A stretch of DNA of 64,000 nt, taken from positions 37,272 to 101,271 of the forward strand of contig NW_015163630.1 of NCBI RefSeq assembly GCF_001447785.1. The letters are read 5' to 3'. This DNA is from Gekko japonicus. Taxonomy: Eukaryota. Below the pieces are notes generated by a model. That model searched no databases, was not told where the DNA came from, and worked only from the letters and a program-made list of their open reading frames with translations. A program made the position numbers and the translations under genes. Position 1 is the first letter of the stretch; each line of letters begins with the position of its first letter. Positions 34,979 to 46,800 of the stretch are shown one piece after another.

Positions 34979-35485
34979 ACTACTAGATTGGTTACTTTCA
35001 GAATCCTGGTATGATATTGTGCTCCAAGATCAGCCAGTCTCTGGGGTGATTCAATCAGGAAGGATACAGTCAGTCCCAATTCATAACAAGAAGGAAAGAC
35101 TAGAATGGAGACTGGAAGGAAGTAAAGCTAGAGTAGAGTGAGGAAAGAAAGGAAAATGAAGCAAAAGGGGAAAGAAAGGGGATGGTGGGGAAGAAAAAAC
35201 AAGGAAAAGGAGAAACTGCAAGGACTGCATGGAAGGGGAGAAGGGGAAGTTGTCCAGTGATGGGAGGAGACCCCTGTTCGATTCACTTTTTACCCCTTAT
35301 GCTGACAATGTCCCAACAATGTAAATGTCCCTTCCACATATTCAAGGGTCTGACTACAGAAAAGAAGATTCTCCACACATACCCATCAACCTAGCAGTGT
35401 TCAATGCCACCACACAGGAACTTTGGAAAGATCCTATCCTTGAACAGGGTCTTAAGGATAGGGTTGCTCAGTGACTAGTTATAAC

Positions 35486-35530
35486 ATTTTATTGTTTTAT
35501 ATGCCAATAAAGGTGTTGTATTGTATTGAT
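35486..35530 (+). mobile_element. 45-bp extremely truncated LINE tail
   Basis: GCCAATAAAGG plus a (TGTAT)n-like tail, between 14-bp direct repeats TGACTAGTTATAAC. Confidence 0.65.
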
Positions 35531-36722
35531 TGACTAGTTATAACTGTACAATAAAAGAGTGGAAAAATAACCTAAAAGCAGCCATTTCAGTTTTTTTTAA
35601 TAAATGCAAATATTCTGAAAAAACTCCTAGACAATCCAGTAAAAGAAATATGGTGCATAAGTACCATAGTATCTACCCTCTTCCAGTCAACTGTCTAAAT
35701 TATCCAAGTACCTAATAAATTTGAGATGTCATCTGAGAATCCAAATATGGGTCAAAATATCCCCTGCTGTAAAGTGTTATCATGCCCATGGGTGATGCAA
35801 CTGAAACTCCGTAAGGGTATTGTGATGAGGCTGAATGATCTTGCCAGTCTTTGGTGCTGGTGATTCCTGGGGAAGACTGTCAATAATTCTATTTCATTGT
35901 TCATACTATTCAGAAGAATGTAAAATACTCAGGTTCCCAATTCTCACTTTCCCCCCTTCTGATTTAGGTATTACGCACCATGTAGCAAACACAGGAAGCT
36001 GACTCCCATGATAGCCTTACAGCAGATCCTGATCCCCAACAAAGCTTCACACCAAGCAAAACTGTCCTAAAAGAGTTTTCCTACCATTAGGCTATTTCCT
36101 ACTTTCCTGATAGGCTATTCTTGGCTGTTCCAGTACATTGACTTGAAGGACAATAACCTCTAGCTTGTTTAACAACTTGCACAGCAGGGACAATTACACT
36201 CCCTTTAATTGGCTTGTGGGGTTTAATCATCCCCTGGGACACAACTTCCAGTGTTTCTCATTAACTGCCAGCTTGCAGAGTTATTCTAGGGAAGACGGGA
36301 TATACTAGGGAATGACTAACTAAGGGCAGCTTTGGGTCTCCACATTTAAAGACAGCAGTGGTTACTACCAGTGTGATAGACCAACAGCCAGCCAGATAGA
36401 TGGATGGATTCCATAGCTATTTCATATCCATGCTCCACAATTTGCATAGAAGTGACCTATTAGATACAAAAGAGTGTTGTGTGTCCCCACCATCAAACAG
36501 AAGTTACTTCTGTTGATGCTCCTCTTTTTTCCCTCCAGATTCTCACAAGATACATAGTCCGTTGCACAGGTTTATATGTAAACATGCTCCATTTGTACTC
36601 TATGCAACATAGAATTCAGAAAGAAACAGAAAAAGTACTTCTCAGCCAGCTGCCTAGGGGTAGCTTCATGGGAAAGGTGAAGGAATAGGCAACCTGGGAT
36701 TTGCCTCTGGCAGAACAAGTCA

Positions 36723-36869
36723 GTGCTTTCACACACACTAAATAACACACTTTCAATTCACTTTCAGTGTACTTTGCAGCTGGATTTTACTGTGTGAAAT
36801 GGCAAGATCCACTTGCAAATGGTCACTGAAGTGGATCAAAACTGCATTATTTAGCATGTGTGAAAGCAC
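36723..36869. mobile_element. Small palindromic MITE
   Basis: GTGCTTTCACACA..CTAAATAA / TTATTTAG..TGTGTGAAAGCAC, with imperfect inverted symmetry throughout. Confidence 0.65.
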
Positions 36870-37361
36870 CATTTGTGCATTTCTGTGGCAGTCACTACAG
36901 CAGCTTCCCAAAAACATAATCCATGAGCCAGAAATGAAGTTTAATGTGAATAGCTAGAAGTCTCCTATGCATGAGTCTTCTACTTGGGTACCCTTGACCT
37001 CCAAAACTTACAATGGGACACATGTTTGTTCCCACTGGTGTCATGGCATAAAGGTATGCATAATTACTTGCTAGTTATTGTAGCTCAAACAAGGGGCAGC
37101 TACAAAAACTTCAGTAGCTGGCATCCTTAAGCCTTGATACCAAGAAAAAGGCTTGTGTAGGCCTTGTTTGGCCTCTGCTGTCATAAACTGAATATAAGCT
37201 TTCATTTTTTCTCATGACCCATAGCACTGGTTCTGATACTGTGGGAGACTGTTGGAGGCAGTAACTTCTGGGAGACTTGGGCGGCGGGAATTCACCAAAA
37301 TGATGTTCTGTGATGCTGTAACATCATTTCCGGCTGTATAACTGGAATGTTCCAGGATTTC

Positions 37362-37652
37362 TAGGGTTCCCAAGTACTTACCATGATCCGGCGGGGGAAA
37401 CATGCTCCCCAGCCGGACCATTCCTCCCTGTAACACACCATGCCATTGCCAGGAAGTGATGCCGGATGATGCTCTGGCAATGGGACTGAAAACTCGATGG
37501 TACCATCGAGTTTCCAGCCCCATTGCCAGAGCGTCGCCTGCCGTCACTTCCTGGCGACGGCATGGTGCAGTGCGTCTGTTGTCCCCGCAGGAATGATCCT
37601 GCGAGGACGTCTGTGTCCCCTGCTGAATCACGGTAAGTACTTGGGAAGCCTT
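37362..37652. mobile_element. Foldback MITE
   Basis: TIRs TTCCCAAGTACTTACCATGAT / ATCACGGTAAGTACTTGGGAA; central hairpin AAACTCGATGGTACCATCGAGTTT with arms of about 50 bp. Confidence 0.75.
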
Positions 37653-39559
37653 TCCCAGATACTCTGTGATAAATAATACAACATTTGGGGAAATCCTAAA
37701 GCGTACCATGATACAGTGACTTCACTTCTGGTTACACTGCCAGAAATGTCATCACTGTGCCAAGGAATGCCATTCCAACTCCATCATTTTCCCTTTGTGC
37801 TTACTGGAATGAGGGCAGGCAATGGAGGTAGGGGCAGGAGTCCTCCACCTTTAGTGAGCAGTTGGCAACTCTAGGTGATGAAGATAAATGTTTTCAGCAG
37901 TCACCACTGACTAGATGGCTCTTTCCTCCACAAAAGCAGAAGGCACAGAGCAGCCTGTGGCTGCACTCTTGAAGAGCGCTTTCCAGAAAGTAAGCCCTAC
38001 TGAATAAAATGGAACTAAATTCTGAGTGGACAAGTTTCTCCTACCCTGTATGAGCATGAATTTGGGTAATTGCAATAGGTGTTCATTTGAAGGACAGTGA
38101 TGGGGGGAATGGGAAAAATATTTGATGTGACAGAGGACTAACATGGTGTTATCAAGACCCGGAGAACCAAAGAGCTTTCTGTTTTTTGTTTTATTTTTTT
38201 CAGCAGGATCCTTAGTCCAGTCAGTTCTCTTTACCACAGGGAGAAGTTGCCAGGAAAGAGACTGAGAAGCAAGGGTCTGTCAAACAGTTGTTTTATTTCC
38301 TACAGTGCCGGCTGACTGGTCAAAATCCTATTAAAAAAATCAAATTTAGGAAAACAACCCTGAACATGTCAAGGCTGTTGGAACAAATGACACAACAGAG
38401 GGTTTTTATTATTATTCTTTTGGTCCAGCTACAGGCAAGCTATTTATTTATTTATTTAAACACCTTTTCCTTTGCTGTAACACACCATTTCCCCCAAAGG
38501 GCTGCAAAGGTTCAAAGGGACTGAGAGCACCGATAAATCACGGCCATATAAATGTCTGCTGGTGAGGCTTGATTCTTATTTACCCGGGGCCCTACAGCCA
38601 ATGTTCAGGCTGAATTCAAAAGGAGGCAGATTTACCTCCTTTGAGATGCCCCCAATTCACAGAGCACTCATCTTTCCAACTGCATCACTTCAGCTTTCTA
38701 CAGCCAAAATGGAAGCCACATTTCAAGGGCTGAAGGGTTCAGCGTTTGCTTTATCCGCCTCTGCTCTTTCTGCTTCCTCAAGCTGGCTGAAGCTGACTGG
38801 TGTACTGTTTGTAAGCGACTGTAAGATCAGTAGCTATCCATGACACAAAGTGTGAGATGATAAATTATGACCACATATCAAAAAGACTTCTATTTCCAAG
38901 AAGTCTTGGCTTCTGTTTCCACCACACCACCATCTGCCTGCCCATAAAGACACACACTACTTTCAAACATTGTTTTTGTAGGCTGTACAATTAATCTTCA
39001 CATTAAAAAGATTGTGTGGTTTATAATGGCTTGACTTTTTTTTTTTTTACCTCAGATACACATCAAAAAATGGCTGAAGGCTGGCAAAGGTATCTGGAGA
39101 GGAAAGGGGATGAGAGTCCTGAGTTTCTTTCTCTTTGTGGAAGCCTTCCCCACCTATGATGATCCCAGTGTCTCTCAGACACAACCCTACAACTACTACA
39201 AAGTGAAGGGAAGCAAAAGGAAGTCTATCACTGCCCAACATCATGGACTCCCAAGCCCCACAGAAGAGATCTTGCTGGAGTGTAGGATAGATCGAGCCGG
39301 GCTGCACCCAAAGGCTGTGATAACATATTTTTGTTAGTGAATGCTAATCAATTCATCAAATCAGTTTCCCTTCTCCAGTGTCTGCAGTGATGACCAGTCT
39401 GTTTGCTTGGGATGGGTCACCTCCAGGTCTTTAAAAATCTAAAAGAGAGCACTGAACTTTAAAGTAAATGGTAAAGGGGACTCTTCTCCTATACATATTT
39501 TCCTCACACCCAAATGCTTTTTAAAGCCATTTTCTCTGGCAGAGCTATGTATGAGTAAC

Positions 39560-40725
39560 ATTCAATAACTGCAACTGGTTCAGAATACAGCTACCAGATT
39601 ACTGGCCATTTTCAACAAGCAAAATTCTATTTTCTGATCAGAACCTTTAAATCCCTAAATGACCCAGGACCACAGTATTTTAAGCACTGTTTTCCCCCAT
39701 ATCAACCTACTCAAACACTGAGATCATATTTTAGAATTCCTCTCTACATGCCCCCCACTTGGAACGTGGATAGGTCATGATGAGAGAAACAGCCTTCTTG
39801 ATAACAATGCTGTGGGTTGTGGATTAGGATCCCTTCTCTAGGGAAGAACACCAAACTCCATTTCTCTTGATGTTTCATGGTTGGCTGAAGATGATTCTTT
39901 CTGAGATGGCCTTCATTATGTCAATGATGATGGGTCTCTGACTAGCTGTGAAATTCTGAAGTTATCCCATTTAAAATGATTTGGTTTTTAAAAAATGGTC
40001 CGAGACCAGCATACCTTCAGGACTGCCTCTCCTGGTACATCCCCCAAAGAGCGTTATGCTCCAGTGAGAACAATCTACTGGTGATCCCTGACCCAAAGAG
40101 TGTCCAGCTGTCCTCAACCGGAACCAGGGCTTTTTCAGCCCTGGCTCTGACCATTTAGAACATTCTGCTGGGTGAGATTAGGAGCCTGCAGGATCTGATG
40201 CAGTTCCACAGGGCCTGCAAATAGAGTTGTTCTGCCATACCTATGGCTGAGGGCAGTGACAGCTCTTCCATCTTCCATTGGCCCCCCTTTCTCCTTCCCA
40301 TCCCCTTTCCTTCATATCAGGCAGATTTTAAGATATTAATCTCACTCCTGGGATAAGAACTACTGGACTGTTTTGGACCAGGGGGCCGGGAGGGGGGCTC
40401 TGCAATTTACCTGGCTGCTTCTTGCTCTGACTGAGGGCTGCTGGGAGTAGGGGGTGGGGCTTGTTGCATGTGCCCACCCCCTGGGCTCTTTACTGCCGGA
40501 GCTCCGCTCCTGTGCGCTCCTGCAGGAAATGACCCCTGAGGAGCACTAGGCTGTGCCCTTTTATACACCGTCTATAAGTGGTTGTTGGTTGTTGTTAACT
40601 TATTGTATTATAAAATTGTTTTAAAACTAACTGTATGGAATGTTTTATTAATGTTGTTACCTGCACTGAGACCTGTTGTACAGGAAAGGGAGGGCTATAA
40701 ATCGAATGAATGAATAAATAAATAA
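39560..40725 (+). mobile_element. Cluster of L2-type LINE 3' fragments
   Basis: LQLVQNTA and PAYLQDCLSWYIPQRAL..ENNLLVIP (matches 5723-6001); (AATG/AATA)n tail near 40705-40724. Confidence 0.7.
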
Positions 40726-42349
40726 TTGCAACTGTGTTTTTTGTGGTGACGGTGACTATTTTGCATACTGAAAACTAGAAGCTGCTATTGATTTTGTTAT
40801 TTTTCTTTATATTGCTGTACTTTTAATGCTTTTAAAAATTTGCAATCTGCTTTGGCGATATTCCAGGATTGAAAAGCAGGCTATACATATTTTTAATAAA
40901 TACTAATAAATTACATATCCAAGGAAATGGCAGTATTGAGAAGAGTTAGAGGTGGGGCATGAGGAAGTGGAGCATCTTCCCAGAAGTGACATTGCTGTGT
41001 CACATGATGCTCTAGGAATTCTTCCAAATATTTAAGAACATAAGAACATAAGAGAAGCCAGTGGCCCATCCAGTCCAACACTCTGTCATACAGTGGCCAA
41101 AAATACCAGGTGCCATCAGGAGGTCCACCAGTGGGGCCAGGACACTAGAAGCCCTCCCACTGATGCCCACCCCCGGAACCAAGAATACAGAGCATCACTT
41201 GCCCCAGACTGAGGTCCAATCTGCATTGGTCTTTCCTGCCACTGTGCCTTTGATTTCACATCATCTCACAAATTACTGTCTAGATTGCATGCCGCTGTCA
41301 CCTTCCTATTGTATCAACTCAGCATTGGCGATCTGCATCATTTTATTGCCCTGTAGTGGCAACACCAAGGTCACTATGGCATCTCACTGCATTATCTGGA
41401 TCTTGTTTAAAGCAGTTCCAATTGCTCCTCCCCACCCCCAAGACGCTGTGAGCAAAAAGCAAACAACTGGAACCAAATCCCCCCCCCCAGTCGTCTGTGT
41501 GTTTAAAAGCAGCCAGGGAACCTTTTTCTGTGATCATATCTTTTTTGCTGGTTGGTTGGAAGCATGCCCACCCAGCTTGTTCATGTTCTAGCCCCCTCTG
41601 CCCCCCCTGCCAGGTCACGCCCCTTTACTTTCTGCAGGGGAGTCGTGGGTGCCATTTCCTCCCTGCAGCATAGTGCCCTGCTGGCACCCTGGGAGGCCTC
41701 CCCCCTCTTGCATGCTCTCCCTCCTGCTCCCCCACAGTTGCCATGGAGTGGACTGATGCAGCCTTAAATAGGTGCAGTCTTAAATAGAAGCCTCACTGAG
41801 CAGAGGGTGGGGCCAGCAGCTATTCAAATTACACCCAGGCAATCCAATTACAGCCAAACAATCACCCTTTCTCAAGCAGCCAGGACTCTGCAACAACGTA
41901 AAACTGACCCACACACTCCCAAACACCGTCCTCCCACACACTACTCTCAGCTAAATTACCTCAGCTGAAAGCAAATAAAAAACACTCACCCCTCTAGCAG
42001 CTCTGTCTCCTGCTGCTTCTCAGAGCTCAGCTGGGTCAGCTCCAAGAGCTTCATGAACACTGCAAGCAGAAGTGACACTGCCATGTCTGTGACATCTCCC
42101 ACCCTCTGTTTTCTCCTGCCGTGAGAGCAGCACAGACCTGGCAAACTTGCATACAAGACATTTGAATGGATGAACCCAGATCAACCACAGGTGAGTCTTT
42201 GACCTTTTAGGGCCTCAAAGGTTATAACCAGCAGTTATGCTTGGGGAAAACTGGCAATCATTAACTACTGAATAAAGAATAACATGATGGTGATTAGTGC
42301 CAAAGTCTGCAGGCCCAAAGGATAAGGGCTGAGTTTTCACTCTGTAGGC

Positions 42350-43339
42350 CAGAGACATCAAACTAATTTGTTATGAGGGCCAGATTTCACATGAATGTTA
42401 CTTTGTTGGGCTAGGCCATGTCTGCCATAAAATGTAATGCCAGGTACCAGAGATATAAACCAATTAACAGTATTATTTTTTTACTCAATATGCAAACAAA
42501 AGCAATTGATTCCTAGGAGTTAAAGCAATTGATTTACTGGGGAATCCACAAAAGCGCCAATAAACGTATTTAATCATATGCAAGACTAGGTTTTTTCCAA
42601 GAAATACCATAAAAGGGTATCTTACATTTCCATACAAATTAGTTACTTTTTGTATATATAGCACTTTTAGGAGATGAGGTCTTCCTTGCAAGTAAATAAG
42701 GTAATTTTTCAGCATGTGCACACACACACACACACACACCAGAACCTGGCTTTTCCAGATCCCCTCCTGCATTTCCCACAGAAGTGGCAGGGCTGAGGGG
42801 AAGGTTTGATGGAGAGACTGTTTCCAAAACCTCCAAGGGGTGCTTTTTGTCCTCCCATGACCCTTTTTCCTTCATAGGCTGAGAACAGGTGTGGGGGAGA
42901 AGGAGGTCACCATCTCCCACCCTACCCAACACTCACTCTGTCTCCCAGCTCTGTGGGAGACATGCAGAGGTGACAGCAGCACCCCTTTCCCCCTTCAATC
43001 CTCCACTCATTTCCAAGGCCAGGACATCTTTCCCCTCAGTTGCCTCCCAATCCATGTGCTGGCCCTCTTTCTCCTTTCTCCTCGGCCAGCCCCATCCCTT
43101 CAGCCCTTTCTCCAACTTCAATACCATTCCCCCTATACTATTTTACCTCCGCCTTGCAGTCCTGCCCCCTAGCAATTTCCTTGACGGTTTAGACAACACA
43201 CAAACCTCACTGCATGCACCCCCTCACCCTTCCCTGAGCAGCCTCATGCCTTCCCTCCCTCACACCAGTTGCTCACAGGCCAGGTAAGAGCCCTAGATGG
43301 GCCGGTTCTGGCCCCTGCGCTGCATGTTTGACACCCTTG
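42350..43339 (+). mobile_element. hAT-Charlie non-autonomous element (about 990 bp)
   Basis: TIRs CAGAGACATCAAACT / GTTTGACACCCTTG; perfect TSD CTGTAGGC. Confidence 0.8.
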
Positions 43340-43500
43340 CTGTAGGCAGACGCTGTAAGGGGCACTTTGCCAGCTAGTAGGGGGAAGCTGAGAAACAAGT
43401 AGAGAAGGTTAATTTCTCCAGTTCAAAGCCATTCAGGGCCATAGAAATGCTGGTGATCCCAGCCAGGGGAGTACAATGGGCAGCCTGAGTCACACCTAAG

Positions 43501-43845
43501 CAGGGGTCATTTCATAGAAAAAGAGCTAGGGGAACTCATTAGCATAACTCATTAGCATATGTCACACCCCCTGATATCAGGGGCCGGGCGGTGGACCTGC
43601 AAGGCCAGCGGAATGCGAGGAAGCCCTGCCAAGGCCCTCCCTGGCCCCAGGCAGGCAGGGGTGGGGAGAGGCGGGGAGGAAGCAACTTACCCTCCGTCTT
43701 CTCCTGCCTCCTCCTGGCTGAATGAGGGCTGGAAGCGGGGCGGCTGGAAGCAGGGGGGGGGGCTTCATCATGTGCCCCCCCCCCCTGCCCCTCACCCGGG
43801 GGAACTGTGTTCCCCCGCGTTCCCCCCCCCCCGAAATGACCTCTG
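43501..43845 (+). mobile_element. hAT MITE family C, copy 2
   Basis: TIRs CAGGGGTCATTTC / GAAATGACCTCTG; perfect TSD CACCTAAG. Confidence 0.9.
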
Positions 43846-46800
43846 CACCTAAGACATATAACCTCAGGAACCCAAGATGAGAGTGGACCTTTTGGTAGAC
43901 AGAAAGAAAAGGAGAGTCTCCTGAGGACAGGGTTGCCAGGCAACCAGTGGCAGGGTTGTGGGAGGGACAGTCCTTGGAGAAAAATAAAAATAAGGCCTTT
44001 GCTACTTACCAAACGTTTGGACCACAAGAGTCCCAGGCAATTCCTAGAGCTACCCAGAAGTGACAAAGGTACTTCTAGTAATTGTCAGAAACTTGTTTCA
44101 AACCAGCACTTTTATGATGTGTGTTTTTAAAAGTGCCAGTACTTAGATAGATACAAGGTTTTTGCAGTTTCCACCAATTCCCCCCTCCAGACTTGGGAGA
44201 GCCCCGAATAAGGTGCTGGTCCTCAGTACTGGTGAGTTCTGTCACACATCCAAAACAAAACAAAACAAACAAAGAAACAAAACCCCTGCATCATCAAACA
44301 CACACAAAACTGTGTTTTCAAGCTGTGGAACTATAATAGTTCTAAAGCAACCCAGGGGCTCTGCTCTTACTTTTCCATTCCATATAAAGATATTCCAAGA
44401 CCAAGGAGAACTAGAGATAGATATATGGACTCAAAGCATAGCAGCGCTTCACTTTCCCCCTTCCTTTTCTTCCATCAATCCATGTGTGTGTGGGGGGGGG
44501 GGAGTGGAAGACAGGTAAGTGACCTAAATGATTGGCCAGCAAGGAATATTTGTGTGCATGAATTAATGGATGAAGGAAAATAGACAGGCAGACAGGCAGA
44601 CACCTCGTAGCTCTTGGCCATTAATATTTTTAATATGTTACATTTCAGTAACTTTGCTTCCCCCATCCTCCACATCTTTATTAAAAAATTCTCAGTGCTT
44701 CATTTATCTTATCTGTATAATACAATCTTCAGCTCAAAGAATCATGTAGATCAGCATACCCCTAATTCAGCTGAATAGTGTGCCATGTAAAGCACACATT
44801 CTGTGTTCATGATCCTCACTTCCTACCTCCAGTATTGTTCCAGTTCTTATAAGAACATAAGAGAAGCCATGTTGGATCAAGTCCAGTCGAACACTTTTAG
44901 TCACACAGTAGCCAAAACCCAGGTCTACCAGTGGGTCCAGAACTCCAGAAGCCCTCCCACTCTTGCCCCCCAAGCACCCAGAATATAGATTATCACTGCC
45001 CCAGACATAGTGTTCCATCTGTACCTTGTGGCTAATAGCCACCAATGGACATCTGCCCCATATGTTTATCCAATCCTTTCTTGAAGCTGTGGTGGACAAG
45101 CCAGATTTGAAGTTGGCCAAGAAACTGTCTAAGATCAAAATTTGTAGGATGACTAATAGTGTCACATTTGAGCATTATGGATGAGAGATAGAATGTGCAA
45201 CAAAAGAAAGGGAAAAGAGGAGAGGAGAAGAAAACTGCCGTCTCACAGTATACTGCAGAATTTTATTTAATTATTTAAAATGTTTCTATTTCACATTTCC
45301 TGAATCAACGGGGCTCAATGTGGTAAATTTATTCTACTCCCAAAAGAAACAAAATCTTAAAACATTCATCTCCTGATGGTCTTTTTTAGGTGACAGCTGT
45401 ATTCCTAAGCATATTTGCTTGGAAGTAAATTACATTGAACCTGGTGGATTTTATACACAACATTCGGCTATAACCTTATTTGTTTATTTATTTATTTAAA
45501 TCATTAACTAGCACCCTTTGTACCTTATAGGAACTCAACCTTCTTTTTTTGTTGTTCAGATTTTGTATCCCAAATGCAGTTGTGGGGTGTACAATGTCTA
45601 ACGCATACACACACACCGATGTATAGGCTCAAGCCTATTTTCCAATCAATGACAGTGAAAATCTATCTCTCACAAAATGGACAGATATAATTGCTGCACA
45701 TACGGTTAGAAATGTGTGATTGATACAAGCAGAATGAAAGGTAGGGAGGTTGAAATTATAATGATCTATAAAGATCTGGATGGAAGAGAAGAAAAGAAAG
45801 GCAGGGAATCATTTTTAATATGATTAATATTGTGGCACAAAGGGGAAGAAAGGAAGGAGATGGGATTTCTCCCCCCTCCCCATTCTAACATTCCGTTCCC
45901 TTGCAATACTGCTTAGCAGGAAAAGCCTTCCAGCGGAGGGCTATGAAACAGTTATCACTGTTAGGTGATTAAGTTACTAATCCTTCAGGGAGAAGACATT
46001 TAGAGGCCCATATTAAAGGAGAGTGAGGCAAAATTACATTCCGTTTCAATTTAGTTTAGCAATTCTAGTGATTTAGTTAAATTAAAAGCAATTGTTCCAA
46101 TTAATAGTATTGAATGTTATTCATCAAAAGTGTCAAAACAGCTGTGTTGGTGCATTAGTAACCTATTCTCTTGTCAGAGATATGGATAATTCCCATGGAC
46201 TGAAGCAGGGAAATGGCACAGCATTCCGGAGCCTTTGGAAACAATTGCAGCTGCGGAAAGCGTTATTGTGGCACTTGTATTAGATTCTTTGGAACGGTTT
46301 CAAAGGGATGAGAGTCGAACCAACACGCTGAGATGGAGGATGGATTGTATGAACAGAAAGATCATCCTCCCCCTTCTTCTGCAGTGATCAGCAGACTTGC
46401 AATTTTTAAGAGGCAAAAAGCAAGTCTATTACATCTTGTAATGTGTATTAATTAAATCTGAGACTAACTGCATGTTGTAAGAAGATGATCTTGCTAGGTA
46501 GGTATTTTAGAAGATGTCATTGCTTCCGATTCAGAGTTGCAAAATATCATGGCACTTCCATTTAACAAGAACTTCTGCATTTTTCAATAACATCTTTACA
46601 GTCACTTTGGGGGCATCTGTGTTGGGGCCTTTGTTTTGGGGCTTCTATCAACAATAGATTTTTTTAGGGAGGAAAAAAAGCTACTATAAAATATGGCATT
46701 AACATTTTATACAGTGCCATGTAGCTGAAAATTAAATTGGCTGATAATAAACTTCAAGCAATTTGCGTGGGCAAATCTGAAATATGAGAATTCATTTAGT

